Source of the DNA: Alkanindiges illinoisensis DSM 15370
Lineage (GTDB): Bacteria; Pseudomonadota; Gammaproteobacteria; Pseudomonadales; Moraxellaceae
Assembly (NCBI RefSeq): GCF_000619845.1
Contig: NZ_JHUX01000007.1
Coordinates: forward strand, 150,001 to 182,000
DNA length: 32,000 bases
Direction of reading: 5' to 3'
Position 1 is the first letter of the stretch, and each line of letters starts with the position of its first letter. Positions 27,558 to 32,000 of this stretch are shown here, piece after piece. Below the pieces are notes generated by a model that did no database searches, was not told the DNA's origin, and saw only the letters and a list, made by a program, of their open reading frames with translations. A program made the translations under genes and the position numbers.

Positions 27558-28301
27558 ATGACAGTAAAACAGCCGGGGAAGGGCTGGTGGGTCTTTGCAG
27601 TTTCTCTATTGCTTTTATTCATTGTATTGCAGCTACCAGCAGCCTGGATCATTGCACGTGTTTCCCCCAATAACCCCTATATTGACAGCATCAGTGGCAG
27701 CATCTGGCAGGGTCAGGCTGACTGGCACATTGAGCAGGTGCAGGGTGTGGTTTCATGGAAATTGCGCCCGTGGTCACTGCTATTGTTAAGAGTAGGCGCT
27801 GACGTTGAGCTGAGAACTGGTGATACCCGTCTGGATGGTAAAATGGCAGTGGGTTTTAACCAGCGTCGCATCGAGCAGTTTAATGGACAAATCAGCACCC
27901 AAACTTTAAGCAGCCTGTTTCCGTGGCAGTGGCCCAATAATCCAATCCAGTTACGTGATCTCAAGGTGATTTATCACAAGCAGCAGGGCTGGGAGGATGC
28001 CGAAGGGCAAATGAACTGGGCCGGTGGCATGCTGGGTTATCCTTTTGAAGGGCACATTGAACGTGCGAATCTGCCGCCACTGGTGGCTCACTTAAGTGCA
28101 CCGCAGGGCAGATTGCAACTTAACCTGACTACCGGACAAAACGAACGCATGGGTGATATTTACTTGTCCAAGGATCAAATGCTGGAAGTTCAGTTAACCC
28201 AGCGCTTATTGCTGACTGTTGCAGGCTACCGGGGACAGGCCGGACTGGATACCGCTGTCGTGTCGACCCGTCAGCCCCTATCGAGTTTGCGAGCGCCATA
28301 A
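27558..28301 (+). CDS. gspN: Type II secretion system protein N (GspN)
   Basis: 247 aa. It has an N-terminal TM anchor (WWVFAVSLLLLFIVLQL) and ISGSIWQGQA, which resembles the conserved GT(L/I)WxG of GspN. It is coupled (TAATG at 28299-28303) to gspC. Confidence 0.7.
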   Translation: MTVKQPGKGWWVFAVSLLLLFIVLQLPAAWIIARVSPNNPYIDSISGSIWQGQADWHIEQVQGVVSWKLRPWSLLLLRVGADVELRTGDTRLDGKMAVGFNQRRIEQFNGQISTQTLSSLFPWQWPNNPIQLRDLKVIYHKQQGWEDAEGQMNWAGGMLGYPFEGHIERANLPPLVAHLSAPQGRLQLNLTTGQNERMGDIYLSKDQMLEVQLTQRLLLTVAGYRGQAGLDTAVVSTRQPLSSLRAP

Positions 28302-29125
28302 TGCGTCAGTATTTTTCACTTAAAACGCTGGATCAAACCGCACCGTGGCTCTTGTTTGTTTTAATTGTCTGGCTATGCTGGAAACTGGCTGCCCTGATCT
28401 GGCTGGTACTGGCGCCGCCACAGCCGCCAGTTGCGCGTGACATTCCGCTCAGCTATAACCAGTCCACGCAAGTGCCCAACATTAGTGGTTTTTCTTTGTT
28501 TAAGGAAAACCGGGTGGATTTACCCTCTGGGCAAAGCCCTGAAGCGCAGATCCCGCTGAAGCTGGAAGGAATTTTTCTGGGCAGGCCAGCGCGCAATTCA
28601 GCGGCGGTGATTCGTGCCAATAACATTTCTAACCGCTACCGTATTGGCCAGCAGATTGAAGGCACCAGCCAGCGTCTTGTTGCTGTGGCCTGGGATCATG
28701 TCACACTGGGCTATGCAGATGGCCGTGAAGCAACTCTGTATTTTGGAGATGAAGGCGCAATGGCTTCCGGGCCGGCTGTTACTTCCACAGCAGCAGCGTT
28801 GAATAATCCTGTTAATCAGGCTCAGCAAGCCCAGAATGCGCTGGGTGATGCCATTCAGCAGTTGCAAAGTAATCCCAGTGGCTATTTAAGCCAAATGGGC
28901 GTACAGCCCACCAGTCAGGGTTATGAAGTTTCAGCAACCGCACCTGCTGAAATCCGCAATAAGCTAGGCTTGCGTCCGGGCGACCGTATTGTGTCACTTA
29001 ATGGCCGGCCACTGGGACAAATCCAGAATGATATCCGGGCGCTGCAACAAATTCAGCAGCAGCGCAATGCACAAATTGAAATCCGTCGTGGTGAGCAAAC
29101 CATGACCATTCAACAAAGTTTTTAA
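28301..29125 (+). CDS. gspC: Type II secretion system protein C (GspC)
   Basis: 274 aa. After an N-terminal TM helix come the HR-like region LKLEGIFLG...AVIRANN...YRIGQQIEG and the C-terminal PDZ-like LGLRPGDRIVSLNGRPL. It lies directly upstream of the secretin. Confidence 0.8.
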   Translation: MRQYFSLKTLDQTAPWLLFVLIVWLCWKLAALIWLVLAPPQPPVARDIPLSYNQSTQVPNISGFSLFKENRVDLPSGQSPEAQIPLKLEGIFLGRPARNSAAVIRANNISNRYRIGQQIEGTSQRLVAVAWDHVTLGYADGREATLYFGDEGAMASGPAVTSTAAALNNPVNQAQQAQNALGDAIQQLQSNPSGYLSQMGVQPTSQGYEVSATAPAEIRNKLGLRPGDRIVSLNGRPLGQIQNDIRALQQIQQQRNAQIEIRRGEQTMTIQQSF

Positions 29126-29208
29126 TGCCTCGGTAGGTCAGCACAATGCAACGCAATCGTGTCCACGTCTCCGGGCTTGTCAGAATTTGAAAAGGATGTA
29201 GGCAACAC

Positions 29209-31485
29209 ATGGCAAACTTTGCTCATAAACGCTCTGCTTATGGTGTGTTCATGGCGTTACCATTACTGGCTGCGCTGGCATTTCCAGCCAATGCCCAGAC
29301 ATGGAAAATCAATCTGCGCGATGCCGACCTGACGGCTTTTGTGAATGAAGTCGCGGATATCACGGGCAAGAACTTTGCTGTTGACCCCCGGGTAAAGGGC
29401 ACGGTCACCGTGATTTCCAATAAGGCATTAACACGTGATCAGGTTTATGACCTGTTTCTGGGCGTATTGAATGTTAATGGCGTGGTGGCAGTTCCTTCAG
29501 GTAATACTATCAAGCTGGTGCCTGATACCAATGCCCGCAGTAGCGGTACACCATTTGACAGCCGCAACCGCATTCGGGGTGAACTGGTTGTTACCCGGGT
29601 CATCTGGCTTGAAAATACCAATCCCAGCGACATAATTCCGGCTATTCGTCCGTTAATGCCGCAATATGCCCATCTGGCGGCTATTCCCGGCACCAATGCG
29701 TTGATTGTGTCTGATCGTGCCGAAAATATTGAGCAAATTGAAAAGCTGGTGCGCACGCTGGATGGAACCGGTGATGATGACATGGAAGCAATTCCCCTGC
29801 GCAATAGTCAGGCCGAAGAAATCATTGGGCTGGTTGATGCCATGAGTGCTACTGGGACATCACGCGATGTGCGGGGTTCGCGGATACGCCTGATTTCTGA
29901 TGCACGCAGCAACCGCCTGCTGGTTAAGGGCGATGCGGCAAGCCGCAAGCGTATTCGTGAACTGGTACAAATGCTGGATGTCGCCCCTGCGGATCGTCTG
30001 GGTGGCCTGCGGGTATTTCGCCTAAGACATGCCAGTGCCAAGAATCTGGCGCAAATGCTGCAAGGTCTGGTGACTGGCCAAAATACCAGTTCCAGCAGTA
30101 ATTCTACTTCTAGCAACAATAGTTCATTTAGCAATAGCAGCAACAATACAACGACGGGGACCACCAGCAATACGGGCAGCAGTAGCTCATTGGGTAATGG
30201 CGCCAGCGTGAACCTGACTAGCTTGGGTAGCAATGGCAACAGTAATAACAATCAATTAAGCACCTTTAGTGCAGGCGGGATCAGCATTATTGCCGATGAA
30301 ACCCAAAATGCCCTGATTGTGAAAGCTGAGCCGGCATTAATGCGTGAAATTGAATCCGCCATTGATCAGCTGGATTCACGTCGCTCACAGGTGCTGATTG
30401 AAGCAGCCATCGTGGAAGTATCTGGCTCAACTGGTGAACAACTGGGTATTCAATGGGCACTGGGTGATTTAACCAGTGGTGTGGGGTTAATTAACTTCAC
30501 CAATGCAGGGGCAAGTCTGGCAAGTATTGGTGCTGCAGTGGCGGCTGGGGGTACGACAGCAGCCACTGCAGCCAACAGTTTAAAAGGCGTAGCACTAGCT
30601 CTGGGTGATGTTCGAGAGAAAAATGGCAAGACTAATTTTTATGGTGCATTGATTCAGGCACTGGACAGTAACTCCAAGGCCAATTTATTGTCGGTTCCTT
30701 CAGTACTTACGCTAGATAATGAAGAAGCGCATATTGTAGTTGGCCAGAACGTGCCCTTTATTACTGGTTCTACCACGCTCACCAGCGGCGGTACAACTTC
30801 ACCTTATCAAACTGTTGAACGCAAGGATGTGGGTTTAACCTTAAAGGTAATTCCGCATATTGGCGATGGCGGTACCATTCGTCTGGAAGTCGAACAGGAA
30901 GTATCAGCTGTAGTCCCTAATTCGGTTAGTACAACTGATATCACTACCACCAAACGCTTGATTAAAACTGCAATTCTTGCTGAAGACCAGCAAACCATTG
31001 TACTGGGGGGCTTGATTCAGGATGATGCAACAGATAGTACCCAAGCAGTGCCCGGTCTTAGCAAAATTCCGGTAGTGGGTCGTCTTTTCCGTTCTGATAG
31101 TGGTACCCGTGAAAAGCGCAACCTGTTGGTGTTTTTGCATCCTACCATTATCCGTGATGGCCAGTCTGTCAATGACCTGACTCAAAAACGCTATGGTCAG
31201 GTGCGCGGCCTGCAACTCATTCTGGATCCCAATGGCAATATCACCCGTTTGCCTGAGCAAATTGACCGGATCTATGGCGATAGCACCACGGACGCCAGCA
31301 CCAATCCCAGCATGAACACTATTGATAAAACCCCAGTGGCTGTTCAGCGTGCAGTTACAACACCCGTGATAAATCCACCTGTTGTTGTGGTGCAGCCTAT
31401 GGTAGATGTAAAGCCGATAACACCAGTCACCAATACCACGCGTGATGGAAATACCGTCATTCAAACCACCATTCGTTCAGAATGA
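29209..31485 (+). CDS. gspD: Type II secretion system secretin (GspD)
   Basis: 758 aa. A signal peptide (ALAFPANAQ) is followed by the N0-N3 domains (WKINLRDADLTAFVNEVADITGKNF). The secretin core is VLIEAAIVEVS...LSVPSVLTLDNEEAHIVVGQNVPF...VPGLSKIPVVGRLFRS...NLLVFLHPTIIRD. Confidence 0.95.
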   Translation: MANFAHKRSAYGVFMALPLLAALAFPANAQTWKINLRDADLTAFVNEVADITGKNFAVDPRVKGTVTVISNKALTRDQVYDLFLGVLNVNGVVAVPSGNTIKLVPDTNARSSGTPFDSRNRIRGELVVTRVIWLENTNPSDIIPAIRPLMPQYAHLAAIPGTNALIVSDRAENIEQIEKLVRTLDGTGDDDMEAIPLRNSQAEEIIGLVDAMSATGTSRDVRGSRIRLISDARSNRLLVKGDAASRKRIRELVQMLDVAPADRLGGLRVFRLRHASAKNLAQMLQGLVTGQNTSSSSNSTSSNNSSFSNSSNNTTTGTTSNTGSSSSLGNGASVNLTSLGSNGNSNNNQLSTFSAGGISIIADETQNALIVKAEPALMREIESAIDQLDSRRSQVLIEAAIVEVSGSTGEQLGIQWALGDLTSGVGLINFTNAGASLASIGAAVAAGGTTAATAANSLKGVALALGDVREKNGKTNFYGALIQALDSNSKANLLSVPSVLTLDNEEAHIVVGQNVPFITGSTTLTSGGTTSPYQTVERKDVGLTLKVIPHIGDGGTIRLEVEQEVSAVVPNSVSTTDITTTKRLIKTAILAEDQQTIVLGGLIQDDATDSTQAVPGLSKIPVVGRLFRSDSGTREKRNLLVFLHPTIIRDGQSVNDLTQKRYGQVRGLQLILDPNGNITRLPEQIDRIYGDSTTDASTNPSMNTIDKTPVAVQRAVTTPVINPPVVVVQPMVDVKPITPVTNTTRDGNTVIQTTIRSE
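30082..30255 (+). other. 58-codon Ser/Asn/Thr/Gly low-complexity tract inside gspD
   Basis: NTSSSSNSTSSNNSSFSNSSNNTTTGTTSNTGSSSSLGNGASVNLTSLGSNGNSNNNQ, made of AGC/AAT/AGT-type codons. Its mirror image creates the spurious Leu-rich antisense ORF 29808-30251. Confidence 0.9.
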
Positions 31486-31570
31486 TGTCTATTCGACATT
31501 GGTGTTATGGCAGAATTAAAGCAGTATGAAATAGTTGCATCTTTTCGTTTTATAGCCTTGAGGAAACACT

Positions 31571-32000
31571 ATGGCCTGGAAAATTAAAGCCGTTGCCGGC
31601 CCATTTGTTGGACAGGAAATCATTATTGATCAGGACAGGATTATTGGCCGTGATCAAAGTGTGGATATTGTGCTTCAGGGTGGCCATGTGTCACGCCGGC
31701 ATGCTGAGCTGTCGGTACGCGATAATAACTTATGGCTTAAAGACTTAAAGTCCTCCAACGGAACCTTTGTCAATGGCGCGCGCATTGATGAGCAGCAACT
31801 GCATGAAAATGATGAATTCCAGATCGATGTGGTGCGTTTTCTGGTATTAAACACGCTGCATGATGCCTTACGTGGAAAAACTACGGAATCAGTAGTACTC
31901 ACTGATGAAGGTCGTCCTGCACAGGTTTCCATTCCAAAACCAGCGCCTATACCTTCGGTTACGCCTACCATTCAGGCGCAAGCAGCGCCGTCAGCAGTAC
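31571..32000 (+). CDS. FHA-domain protein (5' part, runs off the right edge)
   Basis: ATG 31571 follows GAGGAAA. The frame is open to the window end. GRDQSVDIVLQGGHVSRRHAELSV...LKDLKSSNGTFVNG is a canonical FHA signature, followed by a Pro/Ala/Gln-rich region. The ORF is absent from the ORF track because it has no stop in the window. Confidence 0.85.
   Translation, partial: MAWKIKAVAGPFVGQEIIIDQDRIIGRDQSVDIVLQGGHVSRRHAELSVRDNNLWLKDLKSSNGTFVNGARIDEQQLHENDEFQIDVVRFLVLNTLHDALRGKTTESVVLTDEGRPAQVSIPKPAPIPSVTPTIQAQAAPSAV

Noticed and set aside
29808-30251. 147-aa Leu-rich ORF on the - strand inside gspD, plus other long antisense or out-of-frame ORFs inside well-supported genes (for example 30904-31464, 29445-29804, 15778-16191, 22243-22653, 13430-13744, 12289-12597, 25206-25505).
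   Set aside because: Each lies entirely within a CDS with strong family signatures on the other strand or frame. The sequences are low-complexity mirror images (poly-Leu opposite the Ser/Asn codons) or lack any recognisable motif and SD.
1-32000. CRISPR arrays, tRNA/rRNA genes, riboswitch-like leaders and a JUMPStart/ops (GGCGGTAG) element for the polysaccharide operon.
   Set aside because: No regularly spaced direct repeats, no cloverleaf-compatible segments in the intergenic regions, and no GGCGGTAG seen on visual scanning. An ops element, if present, would lie upstream of this window.

Overview
This is a 32-kb chromosomal window from a gammaproteobacterium. The core synteny (trmA; uvrA / MFS / ssb; a 108-aa H-NS followed by gspN-gspC-gspD) looks Acinetobacter/Moraxellaceae-like from memory and was not verified by search.

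Left third (1-12.7 kb, all + strand): the distal part of a Wzy-dependent surface-polysaccharide (capsule/O-antigen type) locus. It opens with a very AT-rich variable block (GT2, ATP-grasp ligase, Wzy, two GT4). A higher-GC conserved module for a 2,4-diacetamido-2,4,6-trideoxyhexose (bacillosamine/QuiNAc4NAc-type) first sugar follows: a PglC/ItrA-type initiating transferase, a PglD-type acetyltransferase, a DegT aminotransferase and a PglF/WbpM/Gdr dehydratase. The locus ends at a strong bidirectional terminator.

Two non-pathway genes interrupt that module. The first is a DUF1016/YhcG PD-(D/E)XK nuclease whose insertion is bracketed by a diverged 49-bp duplication of the transferase/acetyltransferase junction, which gives the nuclease a chimeric C-terminal tail. 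The second is a DUF4184-like membrane protein. This is the most unusual structure I can see.

Middle (12.7-21 kb): AidB-like acyl-CoA dehydrogenase + DUF2239, a Zn alcohol dehydrogenase, a K-channel-like protein with a degenerate filter, cupin + trmA, a secreted catalase-like haem protein, and an N-terminally truncated DsbC-like gene. Next to that gene lies an AT-rich islet with an orphan sigma-70/ECF-like ORF that overlaps the uvrA stop.

Right (21.9-32 kb): uvrA, MFS, ssb, hns, gspN-gspC-gspD, and the start of an FHA-domain protein.

I saw no rRNA, tRNA, CRISPR array, transposase or integrase. All family assignments come from motif recognition by eye; no searches were run.
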